Positions 10,501 through 18,656 of a DNA stretch of 52,717 nucleotides are shown here, one piece after another. Location: the NCBI GenBank assembly GCA_016195275.1, contig JACPZZ010000023.1, positions 1 to 52,717 of the forward strand, written 5' to 3'. Made by a program: the position numbers and the translations under genes. The DNA is from Candidatus Aenigmatarchaeota archaeon (GTDB lineage: Archaea > Aenigmatarchaeota > Aenigmatarchaeia > JACPZZ01). Within the stretch, counting starts at the first letter, position 1; each line of letters starts with the position of its first letter. The notes beneath the pieces are model-generated. The model had not been told where the DNA came from. It was given only the letters and a program-made list of their open reading frames with translations, and made no database searches.

Positions 10501-12126
10501 TCTCCTTCTTTTGCGTCGGACAATTTCGAAAGCTGGCTTAACAACCTGTCGGATTGGCCCATATCCCGCCAGCGTTACTGGGGAATACCGCTTCCCATAT
10601 GGGAATGCGAAAAATGCGAAAGCGTAAAAGTGTTCGGTTCTTCAAAAGAACTTGGCATTGCCATCGAAGATCTGCATCGTCCGTACATAGACGAGGTGGT
10701 TTTCAAATGCAGCTGCGGCGGCGTTATGAAGCGCATACCCGATGTCCTTGACGTGTGGTTTGATTCCGGCGTGGCCTCGTGGGCTTCCATAGGCTTCCCG
10801 CAGGACGCAAAAACCTTTGAAAGCAAATGGCCCGCAGACCTTAACATCGAAGGGCCGGACCAATTTCGCGGCTGGTGGAACTCCCAGATGATAACGAGCG
10901 TTATAACATTCGGGAAAACGCCGTTTAAAAACGTTCTGCTGCACGGTAAAGTCTTGGATTTGAAAGGTGCGAAGATGTCCAAGTCGCGGGGCAACATAAT
11001 AACACCGGAAGAAGTAATAGAAAAATACGGCCGCGACTCGTTGCGGTTGTATTTGCTCGGATTACCGGCAGGCGAAGACTTCGCATTTGACATGGACTCT
11101 GTTAGAGAATCGATGAACATACTCAACACATTATGGAACAGCTTTTCTTTCCTCGAATCATACTGCAAAAAAGTGGAAAAGCCGGGCGAATTGAATTTCG
11201 AGGATGATTGGATAATATCGAGAATAAACCGGGTTGCGGCCGCGTGTAAAAAGGCCGGCAAAGACTACAACACGTCAGAGTATGCGCGCGTGCTGCGCGA
11301 ATTTATTTTAAAAGATTTAAGTCGCTGGTACATCCGGTTAATACGCGAAAGAACATGGCCTTCGTACGAAGGCGCGGATAAAAACGCCGCGTTCTACACG
11401 ATGTATTACGTCTTTGACAAGCTAGTGCTGATACTGGCTCCCATATGTCCGTTCATATCTGAAATAATCTATCAGTCCGTTTCGGGTGAAAAGGAATCCG
11501 TGCATCTGGAGGATTGGCCAGAAGCGGAAATTGAATTCATAGGCAGCCAAGTAAAAAAAGATGATGAATTGGTACGTTTGAGCGGCATAGAATTCCAGAT
11601 GGAATTCGCCCGCTCGGCTGTCGAGGCAATAAACTCGATGAGGCAGGAGAATAACGTAAGATTGCGCTGGCCGCTGAGGAAGGCCGTTATACAGGAAACC
11701 GATACGGTCGGGAAGAACAGAATATCCGAAGGTGCGGTGGATGTAATTAAGAACGCCGGCAACGTGAAAGAATTGTTATTTTCGCCGTACCCGCAGAAAG
11801 ACATGCCCTCAAAATCCGTGCAGGACACGGAAATATACCTCGACGTCCGGATGGATAACGAACTATTGGAGGAAAGCATGATAATGGAACTGGTTCGCAA
11901 GGTCCAAACAATGAGAAAAGACAGGAAGCTGGACGTGAGTGAAAATATTTTGTTGTTCGTGCGCTCTGACGCAAAGACGGAACGCTCCTTAAGAAAGTGG
12001 GAAGGAACCGTAAAGAAATCCGTGGGCGCATCAAAGATGGAATACGCGGAACACGGCAACCCCGAAACATTGGAGTTCGAAGGCGTGAAGATATACGTCG
12101 GATTTGATTTAGGGGGAGCAGGATGA
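7564..12126 (+). CDS. ileS: isoleucyl-tRNA synthetase interrupted by an in-frame intein
   Basis: HIGH motif (GSIHLGT), KMSKS (GAKMSKSRGN) and class Ia editing/CP1 and anticodon-binding regions are present. The ORF opens at GTG 7552; the first ATG is at 7564. A 555-aa insert splits the CSHC zinc knuckle. Confidence 0.9.
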   Translation: MKSGPYKPLELEKQAAEFWDDSGIFKKYMVNRKGGKKYYFLDGPPYATGSIHLGTAMNKILKDFFIRFFSMSGYDVSMQPGYDTHGLPIENKIEKQLNFRSKADIEKFGIENFNVECRRFATKFIETMNGQFKNLGVWMDWDNPYLTLDKSYIEGAWYTFKKGFENGLLYKGNYPVHVCSHCVDPDSTILVENGTRKIKELEKCWQHNNVVSFDTDSKKLCITKPLGYMRHKEDAFVLRTELGKKIIASNDHPFWTKNGWLPMSSLKTGTEVATYNSVESRLPLIEEKGKSLVNRGRIRDVIEGLETSGKGANFNDLKSSSRIEIKEYVRELRKKGFSYRQIIKCATNKFRTKVSKSWVSKIIKTETSTRYDLIIKDLEQRSLLPLYSKNAKAFVLARLAGHMFGDGSIIAKRSPKRKFPIFTLVFTGKEEDMKEIQKDLDALGYNYTPITTVRTRSRINGRLVDGFTTSMRCYAHSLAVLLVCLGAPTGRKSECIASIPRWVYDNKKLAREFLASYFGSELDIVKPRRYEKGFEVLRLHMHKDIKLKSNGIKFAKAICELVGSFGISTGKLVVKDMTVNDKSKSKITISIDCNDDNIIRFLKSLGYEYCKERKTRASHALGYLYYKKRKEREMEKIKNRIIELRKRNFKPDKIAARLKVPEFYVRHVLYGKSKHTRPSKYIPVFGRWLSDASKNLKDGMVWDIVEKIKYLGKREVCDIAVETHHNFIVNGFLAHNCETAVSFNEIEHKEVQDSSIYVKFRIKNSNDSLLIWTTTPWTLPSNTGIMTNPDYEYVRVKTSKDILIMAKDLAEKVMLAGKAEYFEIIGTLKGSQLIGTEYENPLKDLPLQKNIVGKVVPSEQYVTLEEGTGLVHVAPGHGREDYLVGIKHNLPVLSPLTMGGTFKAEAGWLEGKFVKDAEKEIIEKLREKNALFAAEIITHEYPKCWRCDSSLLFIAVPQWFFRVSAIREKLVEENEKVSWSPSFASDNFESWLNNLSDWPISRQRYWGIPLPIWECEKCESVKVFGSSKELGIAIEDLHRPYIDEVVFKCSCGGVMKRIPDVLDVWFDSGVASWASIGFPQDAKTFESKWPADLNIEGPDQFRGWWNSQMITSVITFGKTPFKNVLLHGKVLDLKGAKMSKSRGNIITPEEVIEKYGRDSLRLYLLGLPAGEDFAFDMDSVRESMNILNTLWNSFSFLESYCKKVEKPGELNFEDDWIISRINRVAAACKKAGKDYNTSEYARVLREFILKDLSRWYIRLIRERTWPSYEGADKNAAFYTMYYVFDKLVLILAPICPFISEIIYQSVSGEKESVHLEDWPEAEIEFIGSQVKKDDELVRLSGIEFQMEFARSAVEAINSMRQENNVRLRWPLRKAVIQETDTVGKNRISEGAVDVIKNAGNVKELLFSPYPQKDMPSKSVQDTEIYLDVRMDNELLEESMIMELVRKVQTMRKDRKLDVSENILLFVRSDAKTERSLRKWEGTVKKSVGASKMEYAEHGNPETLEFEGVKIYVGFDLGGAG
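8107..9771 (+). mobile_element. intein (555 aa) with LAGLIDADG homing-endonuclease core and two HTH-like modules
   Basis: Begins CVDPDSTILVENG and ends FLAHN, followed by the +1 Cys (CETAV). LAGLIDADG motifs are LARLAGHMFGDGSI and LASYFGSELDI. HTH-like segments are GFSYRQIIKCATNKF..VSKSWVSKII and PDKIAARLKVPEFYVRHVL. Length is 1665 nt, in frame. Confidence 0.85.
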
Positions 12127-12387
12127 AAATTGTAATTTCCTCTAAACGTATTTTAAGCGGCAAGTTATGAAATAATAAAGAATGCGGACACCATACTGGT
12201 CGTGAATTTTGATAAGAAGGGCATCAAGAACTACATAGGCGGCAATACTTTCCTTGAGATGGGATTCGCCCATGTTCTAAACAAGAAAATATTCATATGG
12301 AACGGTGTACCGTCCATGCCTTATACAGATGAGATCATAGCCACCCAGCCTTTTGTAATGAAAGAATATATGAATGGATTTTCCTAA
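12123..12387 (+). pseudogene. possible frameshifted remnant of a nucleoside 2-deoxyribosyltransferase-like gene
   Basis: An ATG overlapping the ileS stop gives MKIVISSKRILSGKL-stop. A +1 frame open from 12157 gives AASYEIIKNADTILVVNFDKKGIKNYIGGNTFLEMGFAHVLNKKIFIW, which resembles the C-terminal core of that family. The total length is shorter than typical members. Confidence 0.35.
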
Positions 12388-12404
12388 TGAATTAGGTAGC
12401 AATC

Positions 12405-13526
12405 ATGAAAACACTTGATTCTTTGTACGCGGAAGCGGCGGACTGGTTAAAGCAGATCAGAAAAAGCGGGTTAGTCGTTGTCGTCTACCATCGCGATTCC
12501 GACGGCATCTGCTCCGCCGTAATGATGTCAAAGATCCTGAAATATGTTGGTTGCAGCTCTGTGAAAACAATTCCTTGCGATCCCGCAACACCGGCGGTCA
12601 CCCCGCCGCTGATGAAATCGCTTTCGGAATTGCAGCCAGATTATCTCATATTCGTGGACATGGCCGTCGACCAGGATCCGAACCCGCTTATCCTGTTAAA
12701 GCAGAAATACGACACGAAAGTTATCGTGATCGATCATCACCCAGTGTCAATGGACTTAAACATGATCGAAATCAAGCACGTCAACACGCGTTCCGCCGAC
12801 GCAACAGCGTACCTTCCGGCCTCGTACATGATGTACAGGATAGCCGGGAAAATAAGCACCGAACTTGCGAAAGATTATTCCTGGATTTCACTGATTGGAA
12901 CAATAGGAGACCACGGAATCGACGGTTGTCAGGACCTGGTAAAAGAATTTTCTGCAGCCTACGGCAAAATCGCAACAACGCAGAAAGATTTTGCCAAAAC
13001 CAAATACGGCAAGGCGTCCGAATACATAATGTCGGCAAAGGCGGCGGACGACGACGGTATAGAAAAAGCAAGAATGATTCTGGAACGCGTTATAAGCGTG
13101 GACGCGTTTCTGGCATCAGAAATGCTGAAGGAATGGCACGCCGAAATACAGGCTGTGATAAACTACATGGTTAACAATTTCGAAAAGGACGCAGAACTTA
13201 ACCCGAACGCAAACATCGCAATTTACACAATCAAAACCCAGATAAGAATAGAATCGGTGGTAGCTTCTATTATTTCAGACAAATTTCCCCGCATGACCGT
13301 TGTAGTTTGCCGCGAATCCGGCGACCGCATCGGCTGCAGCCTGAGAAACCAGAAGTCCGTTGATGTCGGTTCGCTAGCCAAAACTGCAATAGCAGGACTT
13401 AAAGACGCTAGAGGCGGCGGGCATCCGCAGGCTGCCGCAGCGTCAATAAAGAAAACGGATTGGATAACTTTCAAAAACGCCCTGATAAACAACAACACAA
13501 GATATCCAGCCCCGACAAAAAAGTGA
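12405..13526 (+). CDS. DHH/DHHA1-family phosphoesterase (RecJ/NrnA-like)
   Basis: 373 aa. Motifs HRDSDGICSA, VIVIDHHP (DHH) and GGGHPQAAAA (DHHA1). Confidence 0.85.
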   Translation: MKTLDSLYAEAADWLKQIRKSGLVVVVYHRDSDGICSAVMMSKILKYVGCSSVKTIPCDPATPAVTPPLMKSLSELQPDYLIFVDMAVDQDPNPLILLKQKYDTKVIVIDHHPVSMDLNMIEIKHVNTRSADATAYLPASYMMYRIAGKISTELAKDYSWISLIGTIGDHGIDGCQDLVKEFSAAYGKIATTQKDFAKTKYGKASEYIMSAKAADDDGIEKARMILERVISVDAFLASEMLKEWHAEIQAVINYMVNNFEKDAELNPNANIAIYTIKTQIRIESVVASIISDKFPRMTVVVCRESGDRIGCSLRNQKSVDVGSLAKTAIAGLKDARGGGHPQAAAASIKKTDWITFKNALINNNTRYPAPTKK

Positions 13527-13553
13527 TAAAAATAATAGTTTGAAGGTGACTAG

Positions 13554-14480
13554 TTGAAAATCTGCATCACAGGCGGTTCTGGTTTTATCGGATCGAATCT
13601 TGCGAGAAAGCTGGTGAGGGAAGGGCACGAGATAAAAATCATAGACGACATGAGTTCAGGGAGCCCGCATAATATCGAGGACATCAAAAGTTCAATCGAA
13701 TTTGAAAAAATGTCTATACTGGAAAATGAAAAAATAAACAGACATTTTAAAAACATCGACATTATCGTTCACTTGGCGGCCAAAACAAGCATAATCGAAT
13801 CCCAGAAAAATCCGGGAGTTTTTATCAAAACGAATGTGGAAGGCACTAAAAACGTTTTGGACGCATGCAAAACGGCGGGTGTAAAGATGCTGATATTCTC
13901 CTCGTCCGCAGCGGTTTATTCCGAGGGTGATGGAAAAATCAATGAAAAATGCCCTACGGAGCCAAGCACAGTTTACGGGGATTCTAAACTTAGGGCTGAG
14001 GGATTGATAAGAAAAATCTGCCCAGAGTATGAAATTGATTTTTGCATACTTAGGCTTTTCAATGTTTATGGACCTAGGCAAGTTCTCGAGGGAAAATACG
14101 CTTCCGTAGTGCCAAAATTTTTGGCATCGGCCATGAGAAACAAACCGATAACTGTTAACGGCGGCAGACAATCAAGGGATTTCATATTTGTGGATGACGT
14201 ATCAGATGCATTTTTCAAGGTCATAAAACTGAAAAATTGTAAAGGGTCTACCATTAACATAGGCACGGGCAGGGCTACAAAAATCGCAGACTTGGCAAAA
14301 ATAGTTAAAGAAACGGTGTACTCAAAATCTGAAATACACTTTATGAATGACGGAAACACAGGCCTGAACCATAGCTGTGCCGACCCGTCCTTGTCTTGCA
14401 AATTATTGGGGACTAAAAATTTCGCAGGCCTGCGAATGGGCCTTAGAAAAACAGCGGATTGGATAGAGGGAGCCATGTGA
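13554..14480 (+). CDS. NAD-dependent sugar epimerase/dehydratase (extended SDR)
   Basis: 308 aa with a TTG start. Rossmann motif ITGGSGFIGSNL and SDR catalytic YxxxK (YGDSKLRAE). Confidence 0.85.
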   Translation: MKICITGGSGFIGSNLARKLVREGHEIKIIDDMSSGSPHNIEDIKSSIEFEKMSILENEKINRHFKNIDIIVHLAAKTSIIESQKNPGVFIKTNVEGTKNVLDACKTAGVKMLIFSSSAAVYSEGDGKINEKCPTEPSTVYGDSKLRAEGLIRKICPEYEIDFCILRLFNVYGPRQVLEGKYASVVPKFLASAMRNKPITVNGGRQSRDFIFVDDVSDAFFKVIKLKNCKGSTINIGTGRATKIADLAKIVKETVYSKSEIHFMNDGNTGLNHSCADPSLSCKLLGTKNFAGLRMGLRKTADWIEGAM

Positions 14481-15184
14481 AAGGAATTTCTATCATAATA
14501 CCAGCCCACAACGAGGCCGCGATGATAAGAAAAACCGTAACGGATTTTTTGCGCGGCTTCCCGAAATCAGAGATAATAGTTGTCGACGACGGCTCTGTCG
14601 ACGGAACCGGCGAAACGGTTGAATTAATAGCCAGCAACAGGGTTAAACTGATACGCTTGGCCAAGAGGTCGGGAAAGGGTGCGGCTGTGATGCGCGGAGT
14701 AGCTGCCGCGAAAAAGGACCTGGTGGCCTTTGTGGATGCGGACAGCGCCTTTGGCCCGGGCTCTTTGAAAAGACTTTTGTCTAATTTGGACGGCTACGAT
14801 TGCGTGATCGCGTCCAAATGGAAAGGTAAAAAATTCGGCGAGGTGGAAGGCAGCGCGGCAAAAAAACTTTTTGGAAGATTTTGGAACCTGATGTCAAAGG
14901 TTTTGTTAGGTCTGGATTTCGACGACACGCAGGCCGGGCTTAAATTGTTCCGGTTAAAGGCGCTCCGCGGCATAGGCACAAAACTTCTTGGAAAAGGCTT
15001 TGAGTTTGATGCAGAAATTCTTTACAGGCTTAAAACAGAAGACTTCAGGATCAAAGAGGTTTTCATAAAACCGAAAAACTACCGGAGATCTACGTTCAGT
15101 TGTCTAAACATTCCGTCCATGCTTCTTAAGATTGTCATTGTGGCCGTAGTTTTGAAACTTTTTTCTAAATCCGGCAAACGATAG
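14477..15184 (+). CDS. family 2 glycosyltransferase (dolichyl-phosphate sugar synthase-like)
   Basis: ISIIIPAHNE...VVDDGSVDGT...DADS motifs. The ORF opens at TTG 14459, but GTG 14477 overlaps the upstream stop (ATGTGA). It has a C-terminal hydrophobic helix. Confidence 0.8.
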   Translation: MKGISIIIPAHNEAAMIRKTVTDFLRGFPKSEIIVVDDGSVDGTGETVELIASNRVKLIRLAKRSGKGAAVMRGVAAAKKDLVAFVDADSAFGPGSLKRLLSNLDGYDCVIASKWKGKKFGEVEGSAAKKLFGRFWNLMSKVLLGLDFDDTQAGLKLFRLKALRGIGTKLLGKGFEFDAEILYRLKTEDFRIKEVFIKPKNYRRSTFSCLNIPSMLLKIVIVAVVLKLFSKSGKR

Positions 15185-17191
15185 ATAGGACGCAACAAAA
15201 ACCAGGCCTATAAGGGTAAGGGTGTTGCCCAAGCCATTCGCAACAGAGCCGTACGTCAATTTAACTTCGTCAGAGTCCGGGAATACCAGCATAAATCCGG
15301 GCGAAGCCAGGTAAATCTTCTCCGCGCCTTCCACAGACCAGTCGGGGAAATACGGTATTTTTATCAGCAACGGCGTGTTAATGCAATTTGTCGTTATCGA
15401 CAGGCTTTCGTTGCTTAATTTTTCATCTACCGAACAGCTGGCGTTCAAAGGTATTTTTTTTGCTGCGTAAATGCCGCCGTCTTTTATTGTCTGGGAGAAC
15501 CTTTCGTCCGCCCGGTTTACGAAAACCAGAGGCATGCCCGCCATATCCGTGTCCTTGAACCATTGCAAGGAAGCGTTTTTCCAGTCTTTTGTTATCATTG
15601 CAACAGGCTCGTATTCCGGAACCACGGCATATTTTCCGTCGGAAAGCAGTTCGTAAACGTTTATTTCGCCGAAAGAATCCAGTTTCCTGTATTGTGTTAT
15701 ATTGTCCAGCGAATTTTTCAGCTTGTCCGAAGTCGCGATAACATACCTTATATTAAACATCTGAAGGTGCTTCGTTCCGTTGGTCGCATCAAAATAAGAG
15801 CATCTTAATCCAGCTATCGGGCATGTCGGCGATTCTGATAATTCAGACTGCAGATAAAAAGCCGGCGGTGCAACCAGGCCAGATTCTATCGTCAGGCCTT
15901 CGATAACAGGCTTTCCTGTGAACATGGGCATCGACTCGAAAGCGCGCGGCGTGCCGAATTTGGAATGTGACGGCGAATATTCGTGGAACATCCTGCCATA
16001 CGGCAAATTTCTCAAAAACGAGTTCAATTCATCAAACTGTTTCCAGGAGCCTTTCGACTCGAACCCGCTGTAATTCCAGTCTATCCATCCGTCTATGTAA
16101 GAAATATTGTTGTTGACCCATAGCATGATGAGCAGGCCTGCTATAAGCTGTGCAGCGCCTTCCGGTTTCACATTTTTTATGAGTTCGCCCAGCCCGAAAG
16201 AGGCCAGAAGAACACCGGAAAATTGCATGAAAGGCAGGAATCTCACGTCCACAAGGCCGATGACCTGCGAAAGCAGGTACAAAATGGCCGATAGCAGTGT
16301 GAGGGAAAGCAAAAAAAGGATCCTTCTGTCCTTCGTTCTGGAGCCTGTTCTGACAGCGACCAGGGAAAATAATATTACAGGCAGGTATATTGTGGGAAAT
16401 ATTGTGGGAATGTTTTCTATGTTCCACCTGTAGCCGAATTCGGTCCTGTAGCCCAGGTCAAACAGCAGGGGAAAAGCCCAAAACCCGAGCAGGAAAGCTG
16501 ACACAGCATAAGTTTTTACCATGGTTATGGCGCTGCCGCGCGAGTTTTTGCCCAGCAAAATCAGAAAAGACCCCAAAACCGAAAATATGGCAGTGTATAT
16601 GTGAGTTAATGTTACGGCAGCAAACAACAGGGAGTTTTTCAGGCAGTATTTTTTTTCTTTGGCGGATTTGTAAAGGTAGCACAGGAAAGGGAACGTTAAC
16701 GCAAAACTAAGGCTGTAAGAAAGCTCTCCGGACAGCGTGCTTGGTATGTTGCCTCCCCAAACCGAATTGGATTCTATAAAAAGGAAAATCAGCGAAAGGA
16801 ACGCGGCCATCGTGTTCGTTTTATTATCGAAGCCGAGGGCCCTCATGGAAAAATACGCCGCAACAGGAAGCAGGAACGTACCGAGTACTGTTATTATTTT
16901 TACGGCTACACTGGGGTGCACAAAATACGACATAAGCGCACCAAGCGCGTATGGAAGGGGGAAATAGAACTGGAATGCGGGAAATCCCAGATACCAGTCA
17001 GGGCTCCAGCCGGTTAATTTAATGCTTGGCAGCAGGCTGGTTCTCATGTAATGGAAAAGGTAATTATGCGAACCCGTATCGCCTCCGCTGACAGTAGTCT
17101 GGGAAAAAATCAGGTCGGCCTTGAAATGGCTCGATAGAAAAGCAAAGATTAATGCCACGGAAACCAGTGCGGAAACTGAATCCTTGTCCAT
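15104..17191 (-). CDS. large polytopic membrane protein, glycosyltransferase-C-like (COG5617/PTPS-related membrane family)
   Basis: About 695 aa from the ATG at 17191. More than 10 TM helices, N-terminal GGDTGSHNYLFHYM, and a large soluble C-terminal domain. I found no WWDYG motif, so it is not called AglB. Confidence 0.65.
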   Translation of the reverse strand: MDKDSVSALVSVALIFAFLSSHFKADLIFSQTTVSGGDTGSHNYLFHYMRTSLLPSIKLTGWSPDWYLGFPAFQFYFPLPYALGALMSYFVHPSVAVKIITVLGTFLLPVAAYFSMRALGFDNKTNTMAAFLSLIFLFIESNSVWGGNIPSTLSGELSYSLSFALTFPFLCYLYKSAKEKKYCLKNSLLFAAVTLTHIYTAIFSVLGSFLILLGKNSRGSAITMVKTYAVSAFLLGFWAFPLLFDLGYRTEFGYRWNIENIPTIFPTIYLPVILFSLVAVRTGSRTKDRRILFLLSLTLLSAILYLLSQVIGLVDVRFLPFMQFSGVLLASFGLGELIKNVKPEGAAQLIAGLLIMLWVNNNISYIDGWIDWNYSGFESKGSWKQFDELNSFLRNLPYGRMFHEYSPSHSKFGTPRAFESMPMFTGKPVIEGLTIESGLVAPPAFYLQSELSESPTCPIAGLRCSYFDATNGTKHLQMFNIRYVIATSDKLKNSLDNITQYRKLDSFGEINVYELLSDGKYAVVPEYEPVAMITKDWKNASLQWFKDTDMAGMPLVFVNRADERFSQTIKDGGIYAAKKIPLNASCSVDEKLSNESLSITTNCINTPLLIKIPYFPDWSVEGAEKIYLASPGFMLVFPDSDEVKLTYGSVANGLGNTLTLIGLVFVASYLSFAGFRKKFQNYGHNDNLKKHGRNV

Positions 17192-17195
17192 AGGC

Positions 17196-17987
17196 TTACC
17201 TTTTTCTTGTCTGGAAATTTCGCGCGGCAACAGCCGCAATTAAAACCAGCACAGCAGCTGCTATGGTAATGTTGGAAAACAGGCCCGCATCATTGGTTAT
17301 ATTGACAAGCCCGCGCGAAAACGACGAGTAATGTTTGCCGGAGTCTTCGTACTCAACAGTGGCAAAAATAGTGTATGTGCTGCCCTGCAAAGCTGACAAT
17401 GATGAAATCTCTGCGTCAACAGTTTTCTGTTCTCCGGGCCTTAGTGAAACGTTTTTATTGTAGCCTCCTGCAAACAGTTCCTTGGGAACAAAAAAATCAA
17501 TCTTCGCATTTCTTCCTCCAGAATCTCTGTTTATTATTTTCAGTTTAATTCCAGCCTTGCCGCCTTTGGGTACTTTTACATCCTCCAAAAAACTGCTGAT
17601 CTCGGATGAAGTTCGTTCCTTATACACAAGGTAAGAGGTAGAAACAGCCGAAAACGGGTAATTGTTTGCGTCGGTATATTCGGTGATGATCGCCACAGGA
17701 TACCTGCCCGGCAGCAGTTCTTTCGTAAGGTTCACAGTAAAAAACGTGTCAACCTGCTGGTTAGGTTCAAGCTTCGCGGTGAAAAGCGTGGGGAATTCAG
17801 CGTTTGCGGATTTTACCGAGGTCTGCACGGAAAACGCAGGCTCGTCGCCCGTGTTGGACAGGACAAACTTCGCATCCGCCGTTTTGTCGTTCAGGAATAT
17901 CTCTGGCAGCTGTGCGTTTATCGTTATGTAACTTGCGACCGCAAACGGTATAACGAGAAGCGCTGCAAAAAAAGAGATTTCCCGCAT
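17196..17987 (-). CDS. secreted, C-terminally anchored beta-rich protein (CARDB/COG1361-like)
   Basis: I trimmed the 289-aa ORF to the ATG at 17987 (MREISFFAALLVIPFAVASY looks like a signal). The upstream part overlaps fibrillarin. C-terminal TM helix IAAAVLVLIAAVAA. Confidence 0.6.
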   Translation of the reverse strand: MREISFFAALLVIPFAVASYITINAQLPEIFLNDKTADAKFVLSNTGDEPAFSVQTSVKSANAEFPTLFTAKLEPNQQVDTFFTVNLTKELLPGRYPVAIITEYTDANNYPFSAVSTSYLVYKERTSSEISSFLEDVKVPKGGKAGIKLKIINRDSGGRNAKIDFFVPKELFAGGYNKNVSLRPGEQKTVDAEISSLSALQGSTYTIFATVEYEDSGKHYSSFSRGLVNITNDAGLFSNITIAAAVLVLIAAVAARNFQTRKR

Positions 17988-17991
17988 TTTA

Positions 17992-18648
17992 TCACCTTGA
18001 TTTGCATATAATAAATGCGTGATCGGCCTCAAACGGGTCAAGCGTAACGTAATCCAGTATTTCAAGCTTGCCCTTAATAGCGTCGACCGATTCCTGGAAA
18101 ATTTTTTTCGGATCCTTTGTAACGTCTATGCTCCTTGATTTTATAGCTATCATTGCAAAGCCGCCTTTCCTTAGGAACGCGTCAGCATTTCGCAGCAGTA
18201 TTGCAACCTGTTCCGGATCAGCAACATCCTCATAGACTATATCAACCTTCTCGACCCATGAATAATCCTCCGGCTTGCGCGCATCAGCCAGTATGGAAAC
18301 TATGTTGCCTCGCTGTTCGCATGCACGCACAAGGTCGCTTACGGCACGCGAAGAAAATTCCACACCATAGATTATGCCGTCGCGCCCTATGATATCTGAG
18401 AAATAAGAGGCCGTCTGCCCCTGGGCAATTCCCAGATACAAAATTTTTGAACCTTTTTTAATCGGGAAGTTCTTTACACCCCTAAATATGGCAGCCGCGG
18501 GTTTTGATTTTTCCGGGTTCCATACCCTGTATTCGGAACCATCGACTGGTATTATCTTTTCAGAATACGACCTGCCCGTTACAAGGTTCTTCGTGCAGAG
18601 TTGGCCGCCAATCAAAAAAACCCCGTCAAAAATTTCCTTTAATTCCAT
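17992..18648 (-). CDS. flpA: fibrillarin, C/D-box sRNP 2-prime-O-methyltransferase
   Basis: 218 aa. YRVWNP, ILYLGIAQGQTASYFSDI (SAM site), DVADPEQ and an archaeal-size protein. It lies directly downstream of nop5. Confidence 0.9.
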   Translation of the reverse strand: MELKEIFDGVFLIGGQLCTKNLVTGRSYSEKIIPVDGSEYRVWNPEKSKPAAAIFRGVKNFPIKKGSKILYLGIAQGQTASYFSDIIGRDGIIYGVEFSSRAVSDLVRACEQRGNIVSILADARKPEDYSWVEKVDIVYEDVADPEQVAILLRNADAFLRKGGFAMIAIKSRSIDVTKDPKKIFQESVDAIKGKLEILDYVTLDPFEADHAFIICKSR

Positions 18649-18656
18649 GTTACCAG

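Noticed and set aside
10575-11261. 228-aa minus-strand ORF
   Set aside because: It is antisense within ileS, covering the KMSKS region. It is an ORF-track artefact.
12551-13174. 207-aa alternative-frame ORF inside the DHH gene
   Set aside because: It is on the same strand but out of frame with a gene showing DHH and DHHA1 motifs. Its product is Arg-rich and of low complexity.
15104-17191. Annotating the large membrane protein as the oligosaccharyltransferase AglB
   Set aside because: There is no WWDYG motif. The nearest stretch is DGWIDWNYSG, and I recognise no other AglB/STT3 signature.
17988-18065. N-terminal 26 codons of the 289-aa ORF
   Set aside because: They overlap the fibrillarin C-terminus. 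The ATG at 17987 is followed by a signal-peptide-like helix.
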